The notes below the pieces were generated by a model. That model did no database searches, was not told the origin of the DNA, and saw nothing but the letters and a program-made list of their open reading frames with translations. A DNA stretch of 64,000 nucleotides, taken from NCBI GenBank assembly GCA_034780895.1, contig JAUZTB010000094.1, positions 2,965,297-3,029,296 on the forward strand, written 5' to 3'. Shown piece by piece: positions 25,245 to 38,290 of the stretch. The DNA comes from Rhynchobatus australiae. Taxonomy: Eukaryota. How positions within the stretch are numbered: the first letter of the stretch is position 1; each line of letters begins with the position of its first letter. The position numbers were made by a program, and so were the translations under genes.

Positions 25245-25625
25245 AACACTAAAGGTTTGAGGCAAGGTAGCTAGGAGTACGGTTGTCAATGGTGGAGCAA
25301 AGAAAATCAAGGATCCGGGTCAGAACTTGAAGGAATGTAGAGAACTTGGATGGTTGCGAGCTGGGGAGCTAGAAAGACACTAAAATAATTTGTAAATAAA
25401 AAGACGAGAATTTTAAAATTCAAATATTGACGGACCGAAACAGGCAACAGGCACGTGTAAATGGAATGGTACGAAATGAGACTTGATAAAGGGAAAGTAT
25501 CAGCTGTTGAAGGAACGTTATGTCCCAAATGCAAGAGATGCAGAGATCATGCAAGAGCAATTTCTGGAGTTTCATGATTCTGAAAGTTTTACTTGGTGCA
25601 GAGACGGGATGTGATGCCACAAAAG
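25245..25625 (-). mobile_element. L2-clade LINE fragment
   Basis: Minus peptide LPVSVRQYLNFKILVFLF is typical of the L2 ORF2 C-terminal region. Confidence 0.55.
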
Positions 25626-26329
25626 GTAAAGAGTAATTTGCACTTATGAAAGAGAAATACGTTTATAAATGGTGCATCTATTTATGTATTCCTATGTAAT
25701 TTTTGGTTGTTAGTGAACTGTGTGTTTGCTGAACAGCATAATGAAGTGGCTGTCACAGCTAAATGAACAGTCACAGAACAGGAACTTAAAATCACCCTGC
25801 AGAGTCCTGTACTCTGGTACCAATAACAGAATTTGGTCTAATAAAATCCTATGGGCCTAACTGACAGAAATATGTAATGTATTCCCCAAAACACCCAAAT
25901 GGTTGAAGTAAATGACTTATTCAACCACAATAAAGCACACACCAAACCAGTTTGAAATCCACAACTCTTCTCTTTGAACTGGCCAAATTTGACAACTTCT
26001 CGACTTCCCAGAATCTCAGCATATTCAGAAACTCTCGGCTCGTGTTCTTTGATTTTCGAGNNNNNNNNNNNNNNNNNNNNNNNNNNNNNNNNNNNNNNNN
26101 NNNNNNNNNNNNNNNNNNNNNNNNNNNNNNNNNNNNNNNNNNNNNNNNNNNNNNNNNNNNCTGGAAGTAACTTGTGTTAAGTAGAAGGGCATGTTAATAT
26201 ATCCCTGCTTTAAAACATTGTGCAATTACAGATTGCAAGACAATCTGAATTTTGCACTAAAATAATGAGTTTACTGACTTAATGTTTTTAATTTTACCGT
26301 TCATATTCTTTATATACTAATAGATTCAG

Positions 26330-26890
26330 GCAAAAATAAAAAAGATGCCAGAAACACTCAGCAGGTCAGGCAGAGGAAGAGAAAGAGTTAACACTGCAGG
26401 TCAACGACCTTTCGTCAGAATGGCGAAAGAGAAAAAAGTGGCAGGCAACAGCAAGCTCAGCGTTCGCCTTGCAGACTGAATGCTGGTGCTCCACAAAGTG
26501 ATCTGCATTTGGCCCAATGTAGAGACCACGTTATAAGTGCTGAACATAGTACTCTAAAGATTGGAAATGCAAGTGAATTGATGTTTCACTTGGAAGGACT
26601 GTTTGGGTCCCTGCATAGTGGGAAGGGAAGAGGTAAAAAGACAGGTGTTGCTTCAGAAAATCCATAAAGAGGACATGGCCTCCAAGGATGGAAGAACTGA
26701 CCAGGGATTCCCAAAAGCAATAATCCCTTTGGAATGCTGAAAGAAGAGGAGATGTGCCTGGTGGTGGAATCTCATTGAAGGTGGCAGAAAGGATGATCCA
26801 CTAAATGCAGAGGCAGGTCAGGTGGAAAGCAACGACTAGTAGAACTTTATCCTTGCTGTCCAGGAGGGGGCAGTGGATTAGAAATGTGCT
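26330..26890 (-). mobile_element. Penelope-like element remnant (GIY-YIG region)
   Basis: Minus strand reads GPKQSFQVKHQFTCISN...GLYIG...HFVEH, a degenerate GIY-YIG motif; terminal repeat at 26330-26420. Confidence 0.7.
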
Positions 26891-26919
26891 CAATCAGCTC
26901 ATCAACCTGACCTTCCTGA

Positions 26920-27610
26920 AAATCAAAAAACTATAGATGTTAATAATACTGAAATAAAAACAAAAAGTGCTGGAAACATAGGCTGGTCAGGCAGCATCCA
27001 TAGAGAGAGAAACAGTTAACACTTCAGTTTAATTACCCTTCAAAGAGATCCTTCTCCTTCCACAAATGCTGCCCGACCTGCTGAGTATTTCTAACTTGTT
27101 TCCGGTTACCTGCAGCTCAAATTCTCCATCCCATCTGACCACTGTGGCCTCCTGCACTGCTGCATCAGGACTCAATGCAAGCTTGAGAAATTATACTGAA
27201 TCTTCTGTCTGGGCACATTAAAGACTTCCCAACTTGATACTGAATTCAACAATTTGAGATAATTCTCTCCATTTGTATCAGAACCAGCAATTCTGCAAGT
27301 CATCCATCTGCATTATTACCTCAGTTTTCCTCACTCCATTAGCAAGCAAGGCCTGACCTGCTAGCTTTCCCTATAGCTCTGCCTTTTTGCAGCTTGTACA
27401 TTCCTTTGTTTTCTCTCTCTAACTGCCTTCATTTTGCAGCTTTAAATGTTTTTTTGTTGGTGTTATTTCTCTCTAAATGTCCTCATTAGTCCATCAACCA
27501 GATCACTTTGTTTATCCCATGGCAATCCTGATCTCATCTTTGTCCTTTCCATTCCTCCCCAACCCTCTCTACAACTTAAAACTGAATTTTATTTTCTTCC
27601 CAGTACTTAC
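26920..27610 (+). mobile_element. Penelope-like remnants (inverted terminal repeats, endonuclease C-terminus, 3' region)
   Basis: Inverted tgctggaaac...ggtcaggcagcat / atgctgcccgacctgctgag; ggcctcctgcactg...gaattcaacaattt resembles the PLE C-terminus; 27270-27610 is similar to 36710-37060. Confidence 0.6.
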
Positions 27611-28384
27611 AAAGGGTGTTTTGACAGTTTTTTTGATTTCCTATGCATTCAGATAGATTGTTTCTGGATGATTTAGAAAGACACATCACCACACATTGCG
27701 ACTACCACAAATAGGGTTATTGTGAATCTACAGCCACGTGACTTTTGGAAGACTGGAATTCATAAAATATATTTCTGAATCTTAAGGGAGAAACTATAGA
27801 ATTACTGACAGGAGGAAAAACATCATAAGGTACAACTACAAAACAACATTCTAATCACAATGGATCATATCAGTTACATTATACCATCACATACAAGATG
27901 CATAATTAAAAGTTCCCGGAACACTGGACAAAGCTGTTATTTTAATGACCAGCAACCTTTTTGAAACATTCATAACCATTTCAATAAATTCCACTGTTGG
28001 TGTCTGTGTGTTATGGTTATCAGCAGATTTTAGAATCTACATTTCATATCTGGCATACTTCTGTTTCTCCAACCTTCTCCATAGATACAGGCAAAATAAA
28101 TCAATGAGAGCTTGTAGTAACAGAAATATAGAATACACCAATATGTAGAATTATCATTTTGATTCCTAGTTAACTGACACTGTGGTACATAATTCAGCAT
28201 TATTAAATATTAGTCACATTCCCCCATGTCCCAGCATATCAGAAACCCTAACCTCCCATACCAGTAAGAAAAATTAGTGGTTATCTTCTTTCTTCATTTG
28301 TTAATACATTGTGATTAATGAAAATATATTGTGTATTCTAACTAGGAAAATTACAACCACTTCACAGTCTTAACCACAAACTAA

Positions 28385-29112
28385 TTCCAAGCAAACTCAT
28401 CACCAAACTCCGAGACCTGGGGCTCATCGCCTTCCTCTGTGACTGGATCCTTGACTTTCTGACCAACAGACCGCAATCAGTGAAGATAGGCAGCAACACC
28501 CCTACCACTCAACACTGGTGGCCCACAAGGCTGCATCCTCAGCCCTCTACTCTACTCCCTATACACTCATGACTGCGTGGCCAGGTTCTGCTCTAACTCC
28601 ATCTACAAGTTTGCAGATGATACCACCATAGTAGGCCGTATCTCAAACAAAGATGAGTCAGAGTACACGGAGGAGAAGAGAGCTTAGTAACATGGTGTCA
28701 TGACAACAACCTTTCCCTCAATATCAGCAAAACAAAAGAGCTGGTCATTGACTTCAGGAAAGTGGGTGGGGTACATGTACCTGTCTACATCAATGGTGCT
28801 GAGGTAGAGAGGGTTGAGAGCTTCAAGCTCCTTGGAGTGAACATCATCAATAACCTGTCCTGGTCCAACCACGTAGATGCCACAGACAAGAAAGCTCACC
28901 AGTGCCTCTACTTCCTCAGGAGACTAAAGAAATTTGACATGTCCCCTTTGACACTCACTAACTTTTATTGATGCACCATAGAAAGCATCCTCTCTGGATG
29001 CATCATGGCTTGGTATGGCAACTGCTCTGCGCGCGACTGTAAGAAACTGCAGAGAGTTGTGGACACAGCCCAGCACATCATGGAAACCAGCGTCCCCTCT
29101 CTGGACTCTGTA
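28385..29112 (+). mobile_element. Rex1/Babar-type non-LTR retrotransposon RT fragment
   Basis: Translates [13 protein letters not shown]...[18 protein letters not shown]...YKFADDT, then VERVESFKLLGV...LYFLRRLKKF and WYGNCSARDCKKLQRVV, with stops. Confidence 0.9.
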
Positions 29113-29899
29113 NNNNNNNNNNNNNNNNNNNNNNNNNNNNNNNNNNNNNNNNNNNNNNNNNNNNNNNNNNNNNNNNNNNNNNNNNNNNNNNNNNNNNNNN
29201 NNNNNNNNNNNNNNNNNNNNNNTACCTTAAAGAACACTTGTAGCTACTGGTCCCTCATTTAGCATCAGTGGGTTCTTGAGCATGTTCCCCCAATTAATAA
29301 GATGTTTAATATTGGCCCTCATCTACTTTCCTGCAGGATCTTCACAAAGAAAAATTGAGTGACAATACAAAAGTAAACACAGGAAATATTTGAATACTAT
29401 TCCCAGAAAATTTAACTTAGGAACAACACTTCATGTCAAAAACAGCCTTACATGGCAGACAGACTTTACTAATCACCAACATGGAGTCTAAGCCACAAAT
29501 ACTTGAATTGCAGTTAAATGTATATACTTCAACCTGTCACACTAAGAAAGCCGAAACTATACCTGTTTGCAGAATTTGCCTATTCTATTCTTCTGCTGTA
29601 AAGAGATACAAGAATGGTCTGATATGCTCTTTCCCTGCAGATAAACACACAATGGCTGACTGCACGGAGGAAACTGGAAAGTTAATCTGTATTTTTAAAA
29701 TCTGGACAACATTTTAGGGTAAACAATATAGGGAAGGAGCCTAAACCAAAATAGGCTTGCATTTATATAGTGCACTTAATCATCCCCAGACACCCCAAAT
29801 ACTTTACAGATTAAATGAAGCACACCAAGTGTTGTAGTGCAGGAAATGCCTCAGCAAAGCTCCCATAAACAGTAGGAAGGAAAATGTTAGGATCTACTA

Positions 29900-30700
29900 A
29901 CTGAGTGGCAACAGTGCACTTGGGAAAATAATAGGATTGGCCAGAGTCAAGGTGGATTTATGAAAAGGGAAATCACATTTGACAAACCTGTTAATTTTTT
30001 TTTACATTATTAATAGAAGACAAGGCCAAACCAGTTGCTGAAGGCCTTCAAATGAGATGCCACACAAAAGGCTTATTAAATAAAATTAGGACATACAGTA
30101 CTGGGGGTACTATACTCTAGATGCAGTCTCACCAATGCTCTACATAACTGAACCATAACCTTACTATTTTTATATTCAATTTCCTATCAATAAATAATAA
30201 CATTGTTGGCATTCCTTGCTGTACTTGCAAGGAAATACTTGCTGTACCTGTAAACTAACCTTTTGTGAATTATGCAGAGACAAGATCCTTTTGCATCTGA
30301 GTTCTGCAATTTCTCACTATTTAGAAAATATGCTTAATTTTTTTTTCCAAAAATGGACAATTTCACATGTTCCCCATTGTATACACCATTTGCTAGATCA
30401 CTGCTCACTCACTCAGTATCACCTTGCAGCTTTATGCCCTTGTCACAACTTACTTTCCTACTTACCCGTGTCATCAGCAACTTTAGCATCCATACCTTCA
30501 GTGCCTTCACCCAAGTCATTATTATAAGCTGTAAAAAGTTGAGGCCCAAGCACCTACCCCTACAGCCCACTGCTCATTACATTTGTGACCAGAAAAGGGC
30601 TATTTGTTTAACTGTTTCCTGTTAGCCACCTAAACTTCTATCCATGCCAATATGTTGCCTCATACATCACAAGCTTTCATTTTCCACAATAACCTTTCAT
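29900..30700. mobile_element. Two CR1 fragments in opposite orientation (plus ~29900-30110; minus ~30115-30700)
   Basis: GFMKRKSHLTNLL on plus; gtgtcatcagcaactt (reverse complement of the ADDT motif) on minus. Confidence 0.65.
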
Positions 30701-30929
30701 GGAGAGATATAGCACAAAAATGGGCCTTTCAGCCTATTGAGTCTGTGCCAAACATCAACCACCCATTTACACTAATCCTACATCAATACCTTTTTTTTAA
30801 AATTACATCCACATTCCCATCAACTGCTCTCCCCTTTCCCTTGGCAAATGTCTGAAAACAAACAGGTCTTTTTTCCATATTGGTATCACGTTTAACCCAG
30901 AGATGATGATATCAATATGCTTAGAAGCT

Positions 30930-31385
30930 CATCAAGACCCTCTATTAACACCTCTTCTATGTTTGTTATCTCTAGACTCAATGGTGTCAATATGCTCCTG
31001 CCAACCTTCTCATTCCACACTCCATAAACCAGACGTCATTCAAAACTCTGCTGCACAACCTTCAACATGCACCATCCTATTCACCCATGCTTGCTGATAT
31101 ACTTTGGCTCTGTTAAGCAATGCTTCGATTAAAAAAATTCATGCTTATTTTCAAATCCCTGTGGTCTTGCCTCTCCCTATCTCAGTAATCCCCTCAAGCC
31201 CTATAAATAGTACATTTATTTATGCTTCTCCAAGCCTGAGAGCTGGGTCATTAAAATTGGTCCAGTGCTGGCAGCCATGATTTTCACTGTCAAGGCCACA
31301 AGCTCTGAAAATCCCCATAGAAAATTTTCAGCCTCAAAATACTCCTCAAAACCTAGTGCTTTGACCAAGCTTTTGGCTACCTACT
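30930..31385 (+). mobile_element. L2-clade LINE 3' end
   Basis: caaaactctgctgc (QNSAA), ttttcaaatccct...ccctatctc, ctcctcaaaacc...ctttgaccaagcttttgg. Confidence 0.7.
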
Positions 31386-32810
31386 GAGAAACGGAGAAAG
31401 TGATACACAAGAGAGCGAGAGAGAGAATCAGTTAAGGGTTGGCAGACACCTAATAAATCTGGTTTTGGCAGAATCACAAATATCATAGCACCAGTTGACT
31501 TTCAAAGATATAACCATAAGAAAATGCTTACATAGGTGAGGGACAAAGAACCAAATTAAATGTTGTAATAACTATAAAAAATGGGCATTAGAATTTTCAA
31601 ACTTTAATATTTTACCCACCAAAGTGAAAAAGAACTTGAGCTAGGATGAGGAATAGCGAAGAGTAATTAAAATATTTATCATGTTGACAGTTGAAGTATA
31701 TTAAGGCTGTGTGTTTCAAAGAAATTAACTTCCATGAGAAAAGACAACCCCTCAAATCCAATTTTAAATAACCAAAACTACAAGGTGGTGTAAAATAATT
31801 TTTCCAATCATTTCTTTCCACTATAATGATAAATGATAATAAATCCTAATTGTATCACTGAGTGAGTTAGAAAGAGAAATCACAGTTGCACTGAGAATCA
31901 ATATATCATGTAGAAGGTGGTTTAAATCACTTAAATATATCTGGATGTTCAGCATTACATTACCAGTAACATGACAGATTGCAACACTAATATCCCTAAA
32001 TCCTTTCTGATCTCTACAAGAACACTTCTACATTAGTTGCCATATGCAAATTGACATTCTCAAGCAATCTATTCGCCCTTACATTTAACAGGTAACATTT
32101 CTGTGCATAACTGAAAGCAACAGACCATTCATTTAAGCAACAAGTAGATTCCAAAATTTCAGAATGGTTTAAGAAAATTCACAGATACATTCATTATGCT
32201 TCCTCATTTCAGAAAAACAGAAAACATCAGAATTTTGAACAAAAGCACAATAAATATTTTTGGGCAACAGTCTGCAAGACATCTCAGGAAACGTCGTTGC
32301 TATTGGCAGTTCCATCGTTGCCAATGCTGAGTAAATGATCCATACCTGATGATGAGCAATGCACAACTCAATGAAAACTGCCCTTCTACAGAACAGCAAC
32401 CGGAAACAGTCACAACTTTGTACCAATGCTAAAGGTATTCATCAATTGTCTAGAAGTGTAATTAATGCAGTGAGCAGAGTTTTGCATTACAACATATTCC
32501 AATGTTACCATTCAGGTTGTTAAATTAATCAATATAAAAGTTTGGCAGACAAAAGCTATTTCATAGCGAGCATGTGTTGGTAAAGCATATTACATTCACA
32601 ATAAGCTTCATTTATAAACATCTGTCCAAACAAAGAATTCTACAGGAATACCTGCTGAGGTCAAAATGAAACCGGGGTCTATTTGATGTAACAAAGTATA
32701 ATAATAAAGTGCTGGGTCTTAATCATATTCTCAGATTAGCATTCCCTGCTGTTGCTGAGAGAAGTATATTCCACTTGTTTCCACAATGTGGAGGCCAACA
32801 TTTCCACTGC

Positions 32811-33300
32811 CATTTGTTAGCAGAAGTGTGCATTTTGCTCCAGGTCTGACACTTGTGTGGCGTTCTCAATTGCGATTTCACAGGATAAGGTTTTTGCAAA
32901 AGTATTAGGAATCAACTGGATATGAACTCAGGATGCATCATTCCCATCCAGATGTGGATCACTCTTTGTCTCGATAGACACCTACTCATCAAGGAAAAAG
33001 CACTGGATAACTGTACATGCTTTCCACATTGTGATTTTCACCACACCTACAAGTTTCTATCTGCAATTTACATCTGATCACTGGCATCCAACCTTCTGTC
33101 AGTCACGGCAGACTGGAATCCAGCATTTAAGACGTAGGTCATCGAAAAAAAAGCCAAGCTCAAAACTTATTAGACTTTGGATGGCGGAACTTGCAGCGCT
33201 TGCCGCAGGTGCAGAAGTTGCGCATGACTTCTTGGCAAATATCAGTGCTATTGGTAGTCACGTTGTTGCCAGTGTTGACTACATGATCTGTACCTGACAT
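32811..33300 (-). pseudogene. ZC3H10-like pseudogene, copy B
   Basis: ATG at 33300 with the same leader and acceptor as copies A and C. First finger reads ICQEVMRNFCTCGKRCKFRHP, then a stop at 33162-33160. Downstream remnants IPVCRD*QKVGCQ* (finger-3 homolog) and QVSDL/EQNA (coiled-coil homolog, ~32811-32858) carry stops and indels. Confidence 0.85.
33160..33300 (-). CDS. Residual 46-aa single-CCCH micro-ORF within copy B (expression unknown)
   Basis: Manual translation: MSGTDHVVNTGNNVTTNSTDICQEVMRNFCTCGKRCKFRHPKSNKF*. C-x7-C-x5-C-x3-H spacing is intact. Below the ORF-track length cutoff. Confidence 0.35.
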   Translation of the reverse strand: MSGTDHVVNTGNNVTTNSTDICQEVMRNFCTCGKRCKFRHPKSNKF

Positions 33301-33370
33301 TTTATAGTTTAATTCAGCGCTGTTCATTCAAGGTGCTCAGCAAGGAACTGCAAAAGAAAAACAAGTCATA
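33301..33370 (-). promoter_or_regulatory. Splice acceptor and leader of copy B exon
   Basis: Minus strand ttgtttttcttttgcag|ttccttgctgag...ctataaaATG; AG at 33349-33348. Confidence 0.75.
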
Positions 33371-36300
33371 TCTTTACAAAGACAGAGGGAATTAACTGCA
33401 AAATTACTGATTCACCCATCCTAGTGATTAAATTTCCTTCGATTTAAAGGAAGACATACTTACAGCAATAAACAATGGAATTTCAACATTCTATTCCCTC
33501 CCAAATTTCTTCTTTGTACTCCTGAAGACAATATAGGTGTACTAGAATTAGTGGCTTTCTGACACCTCAGTCAGCTTTGCCTTATATGTGGGCCGAAAAC
33601 ATCAACTGTTGGGAAGCTGTTCTCATGCAGGAACATCAAAGCCAAACCTAATACATGCTCACACATGCACTGACAGAAGGGGTCACTAGAATGTGGTCAG
33701 GAACAAGACCTCGCTTGATTTTCCCTTCCTAACCCAGAGATAAATGATGGCATTCCTACTGCTAACCTAGCTGTGATTACCCAATTCACCACATAAGAGA
33801 TAAAACTTGGGATTGTAGGTTATATAGCTCAACTAGTCATCTTAAACTGGGACATCTGGGGATGTCTAATTTATTTCTATTAATAAGAGGAGAAAAATAA
33901 AGTTGAATAATTCACCCACATGCAATTTACAATTTGGGGGAGATGGGAGATTAATTAAAACCAGAACACTTGGCTCATTTCTTTCTCTTTATCTTATACA
34001 TAACATCATAGAAGTGGTCATTCAGTCCACTGGAGCCATAAGAACACAAGCAATAGGAACAGGATTAGGCCATCTGGCCCGTTGAGCCTGCTCCACCATT
34101 CAATAAAATCATAGCTGATCTGGCCGTGAACTCAGCCACGGCAGCTCCAAGGAGGGCAATGCCATTAGTCTCATTCCACCTACCACAATTAACCTACCAG
34201 AACTACTTTGGGATTAAGAGGAAACCCGAGAACAGCCATGAAGTCAGGTCCCTGGAGCTGTGAGGTGGCAGCATTAACAACCGCACCACTGTGCACTGTG
34301 CCCCACAAACCTTTCCACAACTGTTCTGATGGAGGTCCATGAAAGCAACAAGGGCCAATGATTTTACTGGGATCAATAATTTAAAAGTTCATTTTAACAT
34401 TGATCCTTAAGGATTGCAGACCGGGCTAGTGTTTAGTCACTGAAAGATGAGCAATGGAATTATGGCAACTTAGCCATTGAAGAGAAACAAACCTCCAGTA
34501 TGTTAGCCCGACATCTCATCACCACCATTGACCCTGCCCACAAGCTATCTTAGAAGCCTAGCAACAATCAGATATATGCTCTGTGTTAACATGAAATAAT
34601 TAGGTAACCTACCACTTTGATGTATGTCAGAACTTTTCCATTTTAGCACCCTGTAGCCATTCTAAGCAATACTAATAATAAATCTCTTCATGGAGTTAAT
34701 AATTCATAGGTTGCATTCATAAATAATACGAACAACAAAACAATCCAATGATAGCCTGCTTAGATAAAAACTCAAGATGAAATGTTACCCCTTCCTTATT
34801 ACAAAGATAATAAAGGGGGGGGGGGGAAAGGGGGGAAACAGTGGAGAAGCCTATGCATTTTTGTTAATGCTTGCAGAAAGCAGGCTACCATTTTCAGAAC
34901 CTGTCAAATATGTTGCAGAAAACACGTGCTTATCGTGTTTAACTCAATTGATCAGTATTTTATGCGCTTTTATGCAGTGACTAAAGATAAGCAGAAATGC
35001 AACATAATGCCGCCATTTTGAATATATTAATAGATAGGCAAATGCCAGCTACTTTGAGGAATTTCAAGTGACCATGAAAGAAAGTAAATTGAACACAAGA
35101 TAGTTTTAAATAAATAGCACCGAAACAGTAGTGCACGAAAACCTGACATAACATTTAGCATAGTAATGTGGGATTACTATGGCCACTATAAATTGTTTCA
35201 CTTCCAACTTCATACCTTGCCAAATTTCATTTGTAAAATTATTCACCTTGAACTAACAGTGTACGTATCATTTCACTCATATCAAATATTATGCTTCCAT
35301 TGCAAACAACAAAACAGACAAAAAAGTATGTTTCATATAATAAAACTTTGCACACCCAAAAACCAGAGGGAGTTAAAGTTTACAAGTATCAATGCAAGAC
35401 ATCATGCAAAAGAAAAAAGATTTAGGAAATGCAGTTGTCACTTACCTGCATGCGACATCCAATAGAANNNNNNNNNNNNNNNNNNNNNNNNNNNNNNNNN
35501 NNNNNNNNNNNNNNNNNNNNNNNNNNNNNNNNNNNNNNNNNNNNNNNNNNNNNNNNNNNNNNNNNNNACTTACCTGCATGCGACATCCAATAGAAACACA
35601 TTATTCAGGCGAATCATGGAGGGACCGTGCTCGCAATCCATTCTCCATCCTAAATTACCCCACAATCTTTTGCTGTATTCTTACTGATATATAAAGGAAA
35701 CCAATACAGCAACTCACAAGGGCCATTGCCCAGCCTATACCAGTAAATGTGACAAACGATTGCAGATTATGGTGTAGAAGCGACTCATTTTATCAAAAAC
35801 AACAGATTTCCTGTGGTGCTGCTCAGTCAGAAATTATATTTTTGTGTCAAGAAATATATTAGAGTGGGAAGTGCTTCACGTTTCCACTGAAAGTCAACGA
35901 TTAAACCACAGCAAGCAACTTTGAAACATTTTTGATTGGTTTCCCCTGCACGCAACACAAGAGGGAAGGAGCAGACAGAGGTGGTACAAAGGAAAAGAAA
36001 GCAGGAAGCAGAGAACAAGAGCCTCTCAAAATTTGATTAGCCTGAAACTCATTCCACACCACTACCCATCCTAATTCCAAACACCTCACTTCTTAACTCT
36101 TACCACAGACATCATGCCACTGATTATTTTTGCTGAATATAATGCTGCTGTGGAAAGGGCAAAAGGGGCAATCTGTTAAATTACTAATCCCAGTGGACAA
36201 GATCCCAGGATGTANNNNNNAGGATGTACATTTAGAATAAAAAGCAAGCCAAAAATAATTATCTTCAGAAGAGGTAAAAAGAATTATTGTTGCAAGTGTG

Positions 36301-36469
36301 GGATTTCAAATAAAAAAGTTCATCTAGGTTCTGAAAGGCTGTGGCCCTGAAGTAAAATCTTCATGATGATAAATAGAAAAGATGATTGAATGGGTAAGTT
36401 TAATACAATTGCATTTTAACATTGAATTTATAATTTAGTTGAAGCCTGAGCACACGTACAATCCTATAA

Positions 36470-36680
36470 TCTAGGTTGGTTCCTCAGTGCAGTACCAAGG
36501 AAGGTCCTTAAATTCATACCGCATCCTCTCAGATGACATCTTAAACCAAGGACCCAACTGCCTGTAGGGGAGCATAAAAGTTCCTGCTGCTCTAATCAAG
36601 AAACCATGAATTCTTCTAGGATCCAAAGCAGCATTGTCTTCTCAAACAACATAACCAAAAACAGATAATCTGATCTTGAT
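36470..36680 (+). mobile_element. Deu-domain SINE remnant
   Basis: cagtgcagtac...tcagatgacatcttaaaccaaggaccc...caacataaccaaaaacagataatctg; related copy at ~50560-50810. Confidence 0.5.
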
Positions 36681-36689
36681 AGTGAAAGC

Positions 36690-37160
36690 TACAACTTCAA
36701 GTAAATCACTTTCTCTGTATGTATCAGAATTGGCCACTTCTGCTGTAAATAATCCATCTGTAATATTAGCTCAGTTTTTCTCTCCCCAGTAGCATGGCTT
36801 GACCTGCTGGGCATGTCCCACATGTCAGCATTTTGCATTTCTTAGTTTGTTTTCTCTAATTGCATTCATTTTATAGCTCTTATGTTCCTTTGTTTGCATT
36901 CCACCCCCCCCCAACTACCCTCATCAACCTACCAACCAAATAACCTCATCTACAGTTTATCTCCATAGCAATCTTAGCTTCATCCCATCATTTATTGTCC
37001 TATCCATCCCTTCTGCAACTTTACACTAACTTGATTTCTCCCTTTCCCAGTTCTGAAAAATGGTCGGTAACTTTAAATACATACTGTTTCTTTCCAGAGT
37101 CTGCTGAGTGTTTCCAGCATCTTCTGTTTTTACTTCAGAATTCCAGCATCTGCAGTTTGA
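36690..37160 (+). mobile_element. Penelope-like 3' region and terminal repeat
   Basis: Similar to 27270-27610; ends ctgctgagtgtttccagcatc...ttccagcatctgcag. Confidence 0.6.
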
Positions 37161-37999
37161 TTTCATTGTCTGATCATAAATTTAGTTACTTTTCAAAAAT
37201 AATCTGATTAGATGCGAAACATTTTGTGATGTCCTAAGCATGTGATTAAAGGTCTTGTATACACATGCAATAGCGATTGGCTGAAGGCTTATCTCAGTGT
37301 GGAAATGCTTACAGGTCAAACATGCCAACAATGGGTGAAAGCAAGTCATCATTCTGTAAACTCACTCAGCCTTGTGGCCTTTTGTTTCTAATGCTGTGTA
37401 CCTGTGAATACACCTAAGTTTTTTTGTTGTGTAGACAAATCAATACTACAAGGAGCAATATCATTAAAGAAAAAAAATAGCCTTTTGGTGCTTCAGTTTT
37501 GTTATCATACAGCACTGGCTTCCTACCATTCTCCTCCGACGGCACACCGATAGCACACACTTCAGCGCACCATACTGGTGGTTCCTGTTTGGGCTTCCTC
37601 GTGATGTACAATGTTGGCACATTATCAAATTTGATAGGAAACTTACAATCCGAAAGCTGGGAGTTAACAGAGAAGGCGAGCCTACCCAAGGTTAGCAATT
37701 AACTTTTTAAATTTAAAGAAAAACTAAGGACAAATCAGTCTCAAATTAGTAAAAAGTTATCAATAAAGAGCTAGTAATATTTTTTCAAGAATTTCAAGTT
37801 TTTGATCACATATCGCTTCTTCAGGGTGGAATGACATGGAAATGATGCCAAAACTTTTTAAAAACTATATATGTTATTAAACTTTCCCATAAAATAGTTC
37901 TACATTCACAATGCCTCCATCAATATTTTCTGTTTGTTGTTCTACGTGTCAAAATGCCTGTTAAAAATTCACATTAATTCAGAAAGAAATCACTAATGA

Positions 38000-38290
38000 G
38001 AAGTCATCAATCTAAAATGTTAACTTTCTCTCTGCACAGATGCTGCCCGATCTGCAGAGCATTTCCACCATTGTTTTTGCTTATTACTCATGGGCTGACA
38101 ATAGGTACTAAACTCCACCGATTGCTGGCCAACTCCTGCCTCACCCCTCCCCTCTTTATACCGGCCACCTCCACTTTACACTTTCAGTCCTGATGCAGGA
38201 CCTTGACTTCAACTTTGATTATCCCTTTGCCTCCACAAATGTTACCCAATCTGCTGAGTTCCTCCAGCAGCTTGTTTTTTTGCTCCAGAA
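38000..38290 (+). mobile_element. Penelope-type terminal repeat fragments
   Basis: cacagatgctgcccgatctgc; cagtcctgatg; ctgctgagttcctccagcagc. Confidence 0.6.

Noticed and set aside
35440-35595. Duplicated acttacctgcatgcgacatccaatagaa either side of a gap, resembling the U1 snRNA 5' end
   Set aside because: The duplication looks like a contig-overlap artefact at a 100-N gap. The sequence after ACTTACCTG does not continue as U1; it is better read as a minus-strand splice donor.
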